From Alphaproteobacteria bacterium (GTDB lineage: Bacteria; Pseudomonadota; Alphaproteobacteria; SP197): a stretch of 64,000 nt of DNA. The translations under genes were made by a program, and so were the position numbers. Of this stretch, positions 20,440 to 29,940 are shown piece by piece (within the stretch, counting starts at the first letter, position 1; each line of letters opens with the position of its first letter). The notes under the pieces were generated by a model. That model did not search any database. It saw only the letters and a program-made list of their open reading frames with translations, and was not told where the DNA came from. Location of the stretch: the NCBI GenBank assembly GCA_016869675.1, contig VGDP01000001.1, forward strand, positions 18,801-82,800, written 5' to 3'.

Positions 20440-22519
20440 CGCGCAGCAGGACATCGAGGGCGACCGCGCCGCGCGGCCGCACGGCCAGCGGGTTGATGTC
20501 CAGCTCGTGAAGGGGCTCGCCTTCGGTCGCGGCGAACGCGGCGACGGCGAGGATGGCGTCGATCGCCGCCGCCCGGTCGCCGGCCGGCCGGCCCCGGAAG
20601 CCCGCGATCAGGGCCGTGACCTTGAGGCGGTCGAGCGCCCGCTCGACGTCGGCGCGATCGACCGGCAGCAGCAGCGACACCGCGTCGCGCACCAGTTCGA
20701 CCAGGATGCCGCCGCTGCCCACGGTCAGCACGTGGCCGAACTGGGGGTCGTGGCTGACGCCGACCAGCAGCTCGGCCACGGTGTCCGTCACCATGCGCTC
20801 GACGAGGAAGGGGGCCTCGGCCGCACCAGCAGCCTGTACCGCCGGTGACGCGCGCATCGACGCGACGGCGGCGGCGACCGCAGCCTCGTCGCCGAGCCCA
20901 AGGAGCACGGCGCCGGCCTCGGTCTTATGGGGCAAGGATGGGCTGACCAGCTTGAGCGCCACGGGAAAGCCGAGCGCGCGCGCCGTCACGGGCGCATCCT
21001 CGCCGGCGACAAGCCGGCCATCGGGGATCGCGAGCCCGGCCTCGCGCAGGCGCCGCTTGCCCTGCCACTCATCGAGCGTGGCCGGGCGGCCCGCGGGCCT
21101 TCGCACGGGCGCCAGGCGCAGATCGCGGGCCCGGGATGCGGCGCGCCGGGCCCCAAAGTCGGCCGCGGCGGCGACCGCCGCCACCGCCTCGTCCAGGCCC
21201 TGGAGCGGCGCTACGCCACCCGTGACTAACAGGTCCCGTGTCTCCTCGTCGATGTTCTCGGCCAGGCCGCTGCACACCGCCGCGGGGATCCTCGCGGCCC
21301 GCGTCGCCCGGATGAAGGCGCGGGTATCCGCCCGGTACTGCTCATTGGTGCCGCCGAGTTCGGGCCGGGGGTGGTCCTGCGCCATCAACGCCACGTCGGG
21401 GACGTCACCCAACGCCGTGGTGATGACGGCCTCGAGCGCCGCTTCCTGGCCCCAAAGAGGAGTCGTGTAATCGAGCGGGTTCGCGACGGTGGCGATGTCG
21501 GGCAGCCGGGCGCGGAGCGCCGTGGCGACGGGCGGCGAAGGAGCCGGAAACGTCAGCCCATGGCGTTCGCCATAATCGGCCAGTATAGCCGCGTCGCCGC
21601 CCGAGCAGGTGAAGGCGAAGACGCGTCGGCCCTTCGGCGCGCCGGCGATGGACAGGAACTTCAGACGCTCGACGAGGGCGGTCGGCGAGTCCGCCGGAAC
21701 GATACCAAGCCGGTCGAACAAGGCCTGGTAGAGCGTGTCGCTGCCGGCCAGCGAGGCCGTGTGCGTCGCCGTCACACGCGCGCCGGCCGTGGATCGCCCG
21801 GCCTTCAGCGCGACAATGGGCACGCCCCGCTCCAGCGCGCGCGCCGCCGCCTCGGCGAAGCGGCCCACGTCCTTCAGCCCTTCGATGTAGAGCCCGATGG
21901 CGCTGATCGCGGGATCGTCGAGCAGCGCGTCGATCAGGTCCTCGATGGCGATGACCGCCTGGTTGCCGATGCTGACCAGGCAGGCGAAATCGAGCGCACG
22001 CCGGTTCATCGACAAATTGGTGCACAGCATGCCGCTCTGCGACAGGAAGGCGACGCCGCGCTCGACCGGGCGCCCGCCGTGGTCGAACGGCCACAGGAGC
22101 GCCCGCCGGGCGTAGTTGAGCATGCCGAGGCAGTTCGGTCCCACGAAGGCCAGATCGCCGGCCGCGGCGACCAGGGCGCGCTCCAGCGCCGCTCCCGTCT
22201 CGCCGGTCTCGGCGAAGCCGGCCGAGTAGCAGACCGCGCCGCCGGCGCCGCCGCGGGCCAGCACGCCGACCGTCTCGATCACCTCGGCGCGGGGCACGGC
22301 CAGGAACACGGCGTCGGGCGGCTCGGGCAGCGCCGCTACGCTCGGGAAGCACGGCCGGCCGCCCAGGCGGTCGCGCTTCGGGTTGACGCCCCAGATCGGT
22401 CCGGGAAACCCGCCGGCGGCGCACACCTCGGCGGCGAACGCCGCGCTGGTCCCGCCGATGAAGGCAATGTGGCGTGGCCTGAGCAGCCGCGCCAGGTTGG
22501 CGCGTCGCGCAGCCGTCAT
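20423..22519 (-). CDS. acyl-CoA synthetase, NDP-forming (CoA-binding, ligase-CoA and ATP-grasp domains)
   Basis: Last 698 codons of ORF 20423..23410, from ATG 22519 ('MTAARRANLARLLRPRHIAFIGG'). Contains 'GPNCLGMLNY' and a C-terminal ATP-grasp domain. ATGA overlap with the upstream ACAD stop codon. Confidence 0.85.
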   Translation of the reverse strand: MTAARRANLARLLRPRHIAFIGGTSAAFAAEVCAAGGFPGPIWGVNPKRDRLGGRPCFPSVAALPEPPDAVFLAVPRAEVIETVGVLARGGAGGAVCYSAGFAETGETGAALERALVAAAGDLAFVGPNCLGMLNYARRALLWPFDHGGRPVERGVAFLSQSGMLCTNLSMNRRALDFACLVSIGNQAVIAIEDLIDALLDDPAISAIGLYIEGLKDVGRFAEAAARALERGVPIVALKAGRSTAGARVTATHTASLAGSDTLYQALFDRLGIVPADSPTALVERLKFLSIAGAPKGRRVFAFTCSGGDAAILADYGERHGLTFPAPSPPVATALRARLPDIATVANPLDYTTPLWGQEAALEAVITTALGDVPDVALMAQDHPRPELGGTNEQYRADTRAFIRATRAARIPAAVCSGLAENIDEETRDLLVTGGVAPLQGLDEAVAAVAAAADFGARRAASRARDLRLAPVRRPAGRPATLDEWQGKRRLREAGLAIPDGRLVAGEDAPVTARALGFPVALKLVSPSLPHKTEAGAVLLGLGDEAAVAAAVASMRASPAVQAAGAAEAPFLVERMVTDTVAELLVGVSHDPQFGHVLTVGSGGILVELVRDAVSLLLPVDRADVERALDRLKVTALIAGFRGRPAGDRAAAIDAILAVAAFAATEGEPLHELDINPLAVRPRGAVALDVLLRVSDAG

Positions 22520-23685
22520 GCGCGCGCGCGGCGCAGCAGGGACCGCGAGATGATGTGCCGCTGGATCTCGGAGGTGCCGTCCCAGATGCGTTCGAGCCGG
22601 GCATCGCGCCACAGCCGTTCGATCGGCAGGTCCTCCATCAACCCCATGCCGCCGTAGATCTGCATCGTGTGGTCGGCGGCGCGCCCAAGCATTTCGGAGC
22701 AAAACAGCTTGGTCATGGCCGCGTCGTCGGGGTCCATGCGGCCTTCGTCGGCGCGCCGAGCCGCATCGAACACCAGGAGGTCGGCGGCGCGCAGCTCGGT
22801 CGCCATGTCGGCCAGCTTGAACGCCGTGCCCTGGAAGTCGCCGATGGGGCGGCCGAACTGCTGGCGCGTGCCGGCCCACTGCACCGCCAGGTCGAGCAGC
22901 CGCTCGGTCTTGCCGCAGCAGCCCGCGCCGACCCAGACGCGACCCATGCCGAGCCACCTGTTGGCGAGCTCCAGGCCCTTGCCTTCCTCGCCCAGGATCC
23001 GCGAGGCGGGTACCCGGCAATCGTCGAAGCTGAGCACGAAGTTCTGATAGGCGCGCTGGCTGACGGGGCGGGGGCCGCGCCGGATGTCGAAGCCCGGCGC
23101 GCCCACGTCCACCAGAAACGCGGTGACCCGCTTGCGTTCGCCCTTTGGCGTCTGATCGAGGCCCGTAGCGGCGAACACGATGGCGAAGTCCGGTCGGCGC
23201 ACGCAACTTATGAAGTGCTTGGTGCCGCTGATCAGCCAATCGCCACCGTCGCGCCGCGCCCGCGTCTGCATGGACATGATGTCCGAGCCCGCGCCCGGCT
23301 CGGTCAGGGCGAAGCTCTCGGTCTTCTCTCCGCGCACGCACGGCAGTAGATAGCGTTCGCGCTGGGCGTCGTTGCACGCCATCAGGATCTCGGTCGGCCG
23401 GGCGACCCATTCGTGCAATGCGTGGGTGACCTTACCGAGCTCGCGCTCGAACACCGCCCGGGTCGTGTAGTCGAGCCCGCCACCTCCAACTTCAGGTGGC
23501 AGGTTGAAGGCGTAGAAGCCCATCTCGCGCGCCCGCGCCGCGATGCGTTCGCCGATGGCCGGAGCGACCTCGCCGGCGCGGTCGACCGCGACCTCGTGGG
23601 GGTAGAGCTCGGCGTCCATGAACGCACGAAGTGATTCCAGCGCCATGCGCTGATCGTCGCGCAGGCTGGCCTCAATCGCGCTCAC
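22516..23685 (-). CDS. acyl-CoA dehydrogenase
   Basis: GTG start at 23685 ('VSAIEASLRDDQRMALESLRAF'). Contains 'ALTEPGAGSD' and 'IWDGTSEIQRHIISR'. GTGA overlap with the upstream gene. Confidence 0.88.
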   Translation of the reverse strand: MSAIEASLRDDQRMALESLRAFMDAELYPHEVAVDRAGEVAPAIGERIAARAREMGFYAFNLPPEVGGGGLDYTTRAVFERELGKVTHALHEWVARPTEILMACNDAQRERYLLPCVRGEKTESFALTEPGAGSDIMSMQTRARRDGGDWLISGTKHFISCVRRPDFAIVFAATGLDQTPKGERKRVTAFLVDVGAPGFDIRRGPRPVSQRAYQNFVLSFDDCRVPASRILGEEGKGLELANRWLGMGRVWVGAGCCGKTERLLDLAVQWAGTRQQFGRPIGDFQGTAFKLADMATELRAADLLVFDAARRADEGRMDPDDAAMTKLFCSEMLGRAADHTMQIYGGMGLMEDLPIERLWRDARLERIWDGTSEIQRHIISRSLLRRARA

Positions 23686-24638
23686 CGCGTGCCCTCGCGC
23701 GCGGCGCGCAGGGCCTTGGCGATCGCCACCAGCCCCTTGTTCATCTCGCGCGTCAGCGCATGGAAGTCGCGCTCGCCGGCCAGCTCCTCGCAGCCGTCGA
23801 CCATGCGGGTGCGCAGCTCCGGCGTCAGCTCGGGCGCGATCAGGCGGGTCCACGGCAGCTTGAGCGCCGGGCCGAACTGGTCGAGGCAATAGGCCATGCC
23901 GCCTGGGCCGCCGCCCACGTGGAACACCATGCACGGTCCCATGATCGCCCAGCGCGGGCCGGGGCCGTTAGTGATCGCGGTGTCGATCTGCTCGACGGTC
24001 GCCTCGCCGTTGGCGACCATGTGCAGCGCCTCGCGCCAGATCGCCTCCTGCAGGCGGGTGGCGACGAAGCCGGGGACTTCCTTGGTCATGACCAGCGGGA
24101 CCTTGCCGGCATGGCGGTAGAATGCCTCAGCCCAGGCGACGGCGTCTTTGGCGGTCTTGGCGCCGCCGACGATCTCGACCAACGGCATCAGGTAGGGCGG
24201 GTTGAACGGGTGGCCGACGACGGTGCGTTCCGGCGTGGGGCAGCGCGCCTGGATGTCGGTCATGGTCATGCCCGACGTGCTGGAGGCGATGACCACGTCG
24301 GCGGGTACCAAGCGGCCGAGCTCGGCGTAGATCGCCTGCTTGAGCGGCAGCACCTCGGGCACGCTCTCCTGCACGAACTCGGCGTCCGCCACCGCCTCAG
24401 CTAGGCTGGTGGTGCAGCGCAGACGGTCGCGCGAGGCGCCGGGCTCGAGCCCCAGCTCGGTCAGGCTTTCCCACGCCGTGTCGATCAGGCGGCGCAGCCC
24501 CGGTTCCTCAGTCGCGGCGTGGACGTAGCTGGTCACGTCATAGCTGCGCGCCAGGAAGTACGCAGCCCAGCCGGCCCCGATGGGTCCGGCCCCGATGCTG
24601 GCGACGCGCGTGACGACGGCGGGATCCTTACGCGGCAC
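23682..24638 (-). CDS. 3-hydroxyacyl-CoA dehydrogenase family protein (L-carnitine dehydrogenase-like)
   Basis: 318 aa. Rossmann motif 'VASIGAGPIGAGWA', plus 'GHPFNPPYLMPLVEIVGG' and 'GGGPGGMAYCLDQFGPALKLPWT'. These resemble the carnitine 3-dehydrogenase subgroup. Substrate is not established. Confidence 0.82.
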   Translation of the reverse strand: MPRKDPAVVTRVASIGAGPIGAGWAAYFLARSYDVTSYVHAATEEPGLRRLIDTAWESLTELGLEPGASRDRLRCTTSLAEAVADAEFVQESVPEVLPLKQAIYAELGRLVPADVVIASSTSGMTMTDIQARCPTPERTVVGHPFNPPYLMPLVEIVGGAKTAKDAVAWAEAFYRHAGKVPLVMTKEVPGFVATRLQEAIWREALHMVANGEATVEQIDTAITNGPGPRWAIMGPCMVFHVGGGPGGMAYCLDQFGPALKLPWTRLIAPELTPELRTRMVDGCEELAGERDFHALTREMNKGLVAIAKALRAAREGTR

Positions 24639-24653
24639 GGCTCGATCGCCTCC

Positions 24654-25466
24654 CTAGCAACCCTTGAACACGGGTTTGCGCCGTTCGACGAACGCGCGCA
24701 CGCCCTCCTTGGCGTCCTCGGACGTCAACATGCGCTGGTACGTGGGCAGGCTGCCCGAACGCATGGTGGCGAAGGCCTGGCGCACGGTCTGGCCCTCGGT
24801 CGCGCGGAACACTTCCTTGATGGTGCGCACGGCGAGTGGGGCCAAGTCGGCGATCTGGTCGGCCCAGGCACACGCCTTGGCCATCCCCTGGCCCTTGGGC
24901 ACCACGGCGTTGACCAGGCCGTGGCGATGGGCCTCGGCGGCCGGCATGCGCCGCCCGAGCAGCAGGAGCTCCATGGCGACCGCGTGGGGCAGACGGCGCG
25001 GCAGTCGCTGCAAGGCACCGGCATCCGGCACGATGCCGAGCGGCAGTTCGGGCAGGCCGAACTCCACGTGGTCCTCGGCGACGATCAGGTCGCAGGCGAG
25101 CGCGATCTCCATGCCGCCCCCGATGGCGTGGCCGTTCAGCGCGGCGATCACCGGCTTGTCCAGGTCCCACATCTCCGTGATGCCAGCGAAGCCGCCGGAC
25201 GCCGCGTCCTCCGATTCCCACCACTTGTCGAGCGGCTGGTCGCCTCGGTCGAGCGCCTTGAGGTCCCACCCGGCCGAGAACAGCCGATCACCCGCGCCAG
25301 TGATGATTCCGGCCATCAGCGCGGGATCATCGCGCAGTTGGACGAACGCGCGGCCCAACTCACGGCTCAGCGCATTGTCGATGGCGTTGACCTTCGGCCG
25401 GTCGAGCGTGATTTCGAGAACCTTGCCTCGCTTCTCGATGCGTGCTCCCAGCGGGCTGCCATCCAT
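24654..25466 (-). CDS. enoyl-CoA hydratase/isomerase (crotonase) family protein
   Basis: 270 aa. Contains 'FSAGWDLK' and 'ALNGHAIGGGMEIALACDLIVA'. Confidence 0.88.
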   Translation of the reverse strand: MDGSPLGARIEKRGKVLEITLDRPKVNAIDNALSRELGRAFVQLRDDPALMAGIITGAGDRLFSAGWDLKALDRGDQPLDKWWESEDAASGGFAGITEMWDLDKPVIAALNGHAIGGGMEIALACDLIVAEDHVEFGLPELPLGIVPDAGALQRLPRRLPHAVAMELLLLGRRMPAAEAHRHGLVNAVVPKGQGMAKACAWADQIADLAPLAVRTIKEVFRATEGQTVRQAFATMRSGSLPTYQRMLTSEDAKEGVRAFVERRKPVFKGC

Positions 25467-25468
25467 CG

Positions 25469-26647
25469 CTAGCCCGCCTCCACGAGCCGCACGACATCCT
25501 CGGCCATCGCGATGATCTCCGGATGATAGGTGTCGTCGGACGCGTCATCGTCCTCGAGGACGCTGAAGAATGCGACTACGACGCCCGTCTCGGGATCGGC
25601 CAGCATGTACTGACCGCCGTAGCCGCCATGGCCGATCCACCGGCCATTCGTATTGGTCTGGTTGCTGTAGCGCAGTGATTGTCGGGGCGGGGGAGGCCGT
25701 GTTCCCCTTCCGCCGCGCGTCGCGTCGATGAACCGGGCGCTCCCGACGCATTCGCCGTGGACGCCCACCCCATTGCGCGCGAACAGCAGGCCATAGCGAC
25801 AGAGGTCACGCGCCGTCAGGAAGATCCCGCCCGAAACGATGGGAACACCTTCGGCGTCGGTTCCAACGCGGAACATGCCCTCGACACCTGCGGCCACGGC
25901 AATGTCGATCAAGAGAGTGCGCAGGCTGCGTCCGCCGGCGCGCTCGGCGATCCAGCCGAGCAGGTCCGTGTTGGGCGAATGATACTGCGTTTCGCCGCCA
26001 GGATTGGTCACGTCGTCGCTGGTCAAGGTGCACAGGAAATCGCGCATCGCGAAGTTCGGTTCGCCGGGCGGCGGCAAGCGCCAGCCCATGGCGATCTCCT
26101 GGCGACCGTAGCCGACCGTCGCGCCAAGGCGCGATACCTCGTAGGGATCGCTGTAGTCTTCGTTGAAATTGTTGGTCACGTCCATGTCGAGGACCTGCTG
26201 CACCGTGGCCTCCGCATAGCCGGAACCGATCTCCGGCACGTAGTCACGGACGCGCCGGTTCAGCACGACCTTGCCGTCATCGACCATGCGCCCGAAGACC
26301 AGGTTCATGGTCGTCTTGCTGATCGACTGCAGGGTATGGGGGCGATCCGGCCCGAAGTCCGGCGCGTAGGCCTCGTAGAGGACGCTCTGGCCCCGCACGA
26401 CGGCCATGGCGCTGAACGGCGTGGCGCCGGTCAACCGGCGGACTGAGGGCAGATCGCCGATTCGGCGGTCGATGGACTTGCGCAAGACCAGAACGTCGGG
26501 CGCACGAACCCCCATGTCGTAGCGGCTCAGGGCATGAAGTCCATGAAAGCCCTTGCGCCGTCTGTCGGGCTGGTTCCACCCGGCCAAGTTGCCCGGGCCG
26601 ACGTGAAGGTCCGGGTTCCGCACGGTGTCGAGGACGCCGGTGAACAT
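25469..26647 (-). CDS. serine hydrolase, beta-lactamase/transpeptidase fold
   Basis: 392 aa with the SxxK motif 'SISKT'. No signal peptide is evident. Confidence 0.8.
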   Translation of the reverse strand: MFTGVLDTVRNPDLHVGPGNLAGWNQPDRRRKGFHGLHALSRYDMGVRAPDVLVLRKSIDRRIGDLPSVRRLTGATPFSAMAVVRGQSVLYEAYAPDFGPDRPHTLQSISKTTMNLVFGRMVDDGKVVLNRRVRDYVPEIGSGYAEATVQQVLDMDVTNNFNEDYSDPYEVSRLGATVGYGRQEIAMGWRLPPPGEPNFAMRDFLCTLTSDDVTNPGGETQYHSPNTDLLGWIAERAGGRSLRTLLIDIAVAAGVEGMFRVGTDAEGVPIVSGGIFLTARDLCRYGLLFARNGVGVHGECVGSARFIDATRGGRGTRPPPPRQSLRYSNQTNTNGRWIGHGGYGGQYMLADPETGVVVAFFSVLEDDDASDDTYHPEIIAMAEDVVRLVEAG

Positions 26648-26676
26648 GAAGGGCAGGCCCGTCTTGCCTTGCGCGT

Positions 26677-27738
26677 CTATCGTGCCGCCTGCGCGCTTAC
26701 TCGAAACGCCGGCATGACTTCATCGATGAAAAGCTTGAGCGACCGCTTCTGAAGGGCGAGCGGCAGGCCGTAGCTCGCGTAATAGAGAAAGTTGTCGACG
26801 CCCAGCGCCTCGTAGCGCCTGAGCTTCGCGACCACCGTATCGGGCGTGCCGAACATGAGATTCTCGCGCAGCATGTCGGGATCGTACTCGGCCCTGTTCT
26901 CCAGGTCCTTGAGATTGATCTCCGCGGGAAAACCGTTGGACACACCGCCACGCTGGCGAAACAGGTTCTCGAATTGCGCGGCGACGCGTTGCAGCGACCG
27001 CACGTAGGGCTCCCCCTCGTTCTCCTTCGCGTAGACGGCCGAATGGCGCATGGTCAGGAACTGCGGCCGCTTGGTGCCCTTCGGCGCCTTCGCGAGACCT
27101 TCCTCGAAGCGCTGCTTGTAGGCCTCGACCTCGGCGAAGGGCCGGGTGAGCGCCCAGGTCATGATGTTGCAACCGTTGGCGATCGCCCAATCCACCGAGA
27201 CCGGATTGCGCGCCGCGATCCACAGCCTCGGATGAGGGGATTGGACCGGCTTGGGGCACGCGGTCGCGGTCGGGAACTTCCAATAGGTGCCGTCGTGGGT
27301 TACGTCGCCCTGCCAAAGCGCCTTGAGCAGCGGCAACATTTCGAACATGTAGGGCACGCTGTCCTGGGCCAAGAGACCCGGCATCATGCGGTCGAACTCG
27401 CGCTGGTAGGCGCCGCAGCCCAGGCCGAACTCGACCCGCCCGTTGGTGACGAGGTCGAGCATGCCGACCTCGCCCGCCAACTTGATGGGGTGCCAGTACG
27501 GGGCCGCGGCCACAGCCGTGCCGAGCCGAATGCTGTTCGTGTGCGCGCCCCACCAGGCCAGCATCTGGAAGATGCCCGGCGCAATCGTCATCTCGATCGC
27601 GTGGTGTTCGGCGGCCCAGGCGATCTCGAAGCCGCCAGCCTCGGCCATCTGGACCATCTTGAGCGTATGGCGCGCGACGTCCTTCATGTCGAGGCTCGGG
27701 TCCATGCGCTCCATGTTGATGGCGAGGCTGAACTTCAT
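26677..27738 (-). CDS. LLM-class (luciferase-like) flavin-dependent oxidoreductase
   Basis: 353 aa. Contains 'GFEIAWAAEHH' and 'LDLVTNGRVEFGLGCG'. Confidence 0.85.
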   Translation of the reverse strand: MKFSLAINMERMDPSLDMKDVARHTLKMVQMAEAGGFEIAWAAEHHAIEMTIAPGIFQMLAWWGAHTNSIRLGTAVAAAPYWHPIKLAGEVGMLDLVTNGRVEFGLGCGAYQREFDRMMPGLLAQDSVPYMFEMLPLLKALWQGDVTHDGTYWKFPTATACPKPVQSPHPRLWIAARNPVSVDWAIANGCNIMTWALTRPFAEVEAYKQRFEEGLAKAPKGTKRPQFLTMRHSAVYAKENEGEPYVRSLQRVAAQFENLFRQRGGVSNGFPAEINLKDLENRAEYDPDMLRENLMFGTPDTVVAKLRRYEALGVDNFLYYASYGLPLALQKRSLKLFIDEVMPAFRVSAQAAR

Positions 27739-27774
27739 GGGCGTTGTCCATCCCGTCGTGATGGGGCGCTCGAC

Positions 27775-28875
27775 CTAGCCGCCGGCCCTGATTTCCTCGT
27801 AGAGAGCCTGATACTTCGCTTCGACCTCGGGTGCCAGGGCCTCGAAGAAGATGGTCTTGTCGAGCATGCCTTCGGGATCCGAGAAGCCGAGTTCGGCCAG
27901 GCGCTCCGGCGCGACCTGCTCGTAGGCCCGCAAATTCGCGCTGCCGTAGCCGTAGTTGTCGATCATCCAGGCCCCGGATTCCGGCGACACCCACGAGTCG
28001 ATGTAGTCGTAGGCCGCGTCGAGGTTTTTGCAGTCCTTGTGCATGACGAAGCCGCTGCCCCAGGCGAAGATGCCTTCCTTGGGCACCATGTAGTCAACGG
28101 GCAGACCCTGCTTCTTCAGGTTGACGAAGGATTGGTTCCACGAATAGGCGGCTACGACCTCGCCGGAGGCCACGGCCTGTTCCATTTCGGTGACATCGCT
28201 CCAGTAGAAGCGCGTCACGTCGCGCTGCTTGCGCATCAGCTCGGCCACGTCCTTCAGCTGGTTGTCGTCGAGCGTGTAGATGTTGCTGTAGCCCAGCATC
28301 AGCGCCGCGGTCTGCACGGTGGCGTCGCTCGAATCGTACCAGGCAAGCCGACCGGCATAGCGGTCGTCGTAGACGATCTTCCAGCTATGCTCGTTCAGGT
28401 ACTCGGCATCCACCTTGTCGGTACGGAACACGATCGACGAGTTGCCGAACTCGGCGGGAATGAAGTAGCGCTGGCCGTCGATCTCGGAGCCGCGCAGGTT
28501 CTTGATGCCGGCGGCGAGATCCGGCCATACCGACAGCCGGTCCGTGTCGAAGGGCTGGATCAGGCCCGCGTCGTAATAGCGCTGGATCATGTAGCTGCCC
28601 GGGTGGATCACGTCGGGCGTGAAACCGGCGCGGATCTTGTGGAACGTCTCGTCTTCCGAGGCGATGTAGCTGAACTCCGGCGGGCCGTCGTACTTCGCGA
28701 TGTAGCTCTGCATCAGCTCGGGCGCGTCGTAGCCCTGCCATGTGACGTCCATGATCTCGCCGGCGGCGCGGGCTCCGCGTGCCACGGCGCCCATCGACAC
28801 TAGGCCCAGGCCGAGGGCCGAAAGCCCCTTGGTGACGTGGCGTCGTGAAACGCCCTGCGGTGCGAACCGGTTCAT
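27775..28875 (-). CDS. PotD/PotF-like periplasmic solute-binding protein with Tat-type signal
   Basis: ATG at 28875 preceded by AGGAGG. Signal 'VSRRHVTKGLSALGLGLVS'. Paralogue of 7801..8961. Confidence 0.8.
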   Translation of the reverse strand: MNRFAPQGVSRRHVTKGLSALGLGLVSMGAVARGARAAGEIMDVTWQGYDAPELMQSYIAKYDGPPEFSYIASEDETFHKIRAGFTPDVIHPGSYMIQRYYDAGLIQPFDTDRLSVWPDLAAGIKNLRGSEIDGQRYFIPAEFGNSSIVFRTDKVDAEYLNEHSWKIVYDDRYAGRLAWYDSSDATVQTAALMLGYSNIYTLDDNQLKDVAELMRKQRDVTRFYWSDVTEMEQAVASGEVVAAYSWNQSFVNLKKQGLPVDYMVPKEGIFAWGSGFVMHKDCKNLDAAYDYIDSWVSPESGAWMIDNYGYGSANLRAYEQVAPERLAELGFSDPEGMLDKTIFFEALAPEVEAKYQALYEEIRAGG

Positions 28876-28989
28876 GTGCTTGGCCTCCTGAGGTATCTGT
28901 GTTGCGAGGAGATCGCGTGGCCGCACACTAGGCCGGCAATGTGGGGACCTGTAAACGTGAATACGGTTCATTCTCACGTGATCTTGCCA

Positions 28990-29940
28990 TCACGCGACAT
29001 CGCCGCGATCCGTTCGGCTGGTCGCACGCGCTTCCGCTACGAGCCAGGACACCAGGGCGCGCGCAGCCGCGCTGGGTGCGGTCGCCCGCGGCACGACCGC
29101 GTAGACGCCATAGCCCTTCGACAGGACCGCGGGCAAAGGGCGGACCAACGCCCCCGAGGCCAAGAGACTGTCCACCACGTGGGTGAACCCGAGCGCGATC
29201 CCCTGGCCGTCGAGCGCGGCCTCGATCACGTCGGCGTAGCTGTCGAACCCAACCATGGCCGGTCGTCGGGCTGGCGAGACGCCCGATTCGGATAGCCACC
29301 ATGTCCAGTCTTCGTCGGCGTGGGTGTCACCATCGAGGTTGAGCAGCGTGTGGCGCACCAGGTCTTCCGCCTTGCGCAGGGCGGGCGCCGCGGCGAGGTA
29401 GTGCGGCGCGCACACTGGAAAAGTCTGGGTGTCGAACAGGTGGTGCACCTTGAGTCCCGGCCACTGACCGGAGCCATAGCGAAGCGCGACGTCGATGTTC
29501 TCGACGTCCATGTCGAGCCAGGTGTCCGACGCACGCACGTGAAGCTCGATGTCCTTGTGGCCCGTGCGAAACCGAGGCAGGCGTGGCGTCAGCCAGAAGT
29601 GGGCCAGTGCGATGGTGGCCCAAACCGTGGCGTGCCGCGCCTGGGCCTTCGGCCGCACGCGCTCCACCGACCGGGCGATGCGTTCGAGCCCTTCGGATAC
29701 GCCGCTGCGCAGGCTCTCGCCCGCCGATGTCAAGGCGAGGGCGCGGTGGCGGCGCACGAACAGGCGCACGCCGAGGTGGGCCTCGAGGGCCGCGACGCTC
29801 CGGCTGACCGCCTCTCGGCTGATCAACAACTCCTCGGCCGCGCGCGTGAAGCTGAGGTGGCGCGCCGCGGCTTCGAACGTGACGATGCGGTTGAGGGGCG
29901 GCAGCTTCGAGCGAAGTTGTCCCATGGAGCATTCTCGCAT
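28990..29940 (-). CDS. LysR-family transcriptional regulator
   Basis: HTH region 'FEAAARHLSFTRAAEELLISREAVSRSVAALEAHLGVRLF'. Start is at 29940 or at the ATG at 29925. Confidence 0.88.
   Translation of the reverse strand: MRECSMGQLRSKLPPLNRIVTFEAAARHLSFTRAAEELLISREAVSRSVAALEAHLGVRLFVRRHRALALTSAGESLRSGVSEGLERIARSVERVRPKAQARHATVWATIALAHFWLTPRLPRFRTGHKDIELHVRASDTWLDMDVENIDVALRYGSGQWPGLKVHHLFDTQTFPVCAPHYLAAAPALRKAEDLVRHTLLNLDGDTHADEDWTWWLSESGVSPARRPAMVGFDSYADVIEAALDGQGIALGFTHVVDSLLASGALVRPLPAVLSKGYGVYAVVPRATAPSAAARALVSWLVAEARATSRTDRGDVA

Noticed and set aside
20423-23410. A 995-aa ORF suggesting a giant fusion protein.
   Set aside because: Only the last 698 codons (from ATG 22519) resemble a real protein, the NDP-forming acyl-CoA synthetase. 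The N-terminal 297 codons are an alternative frame over the acyl-CoA dehydrogenase gene, which is convincingly coded in the frame of 22516..23685.
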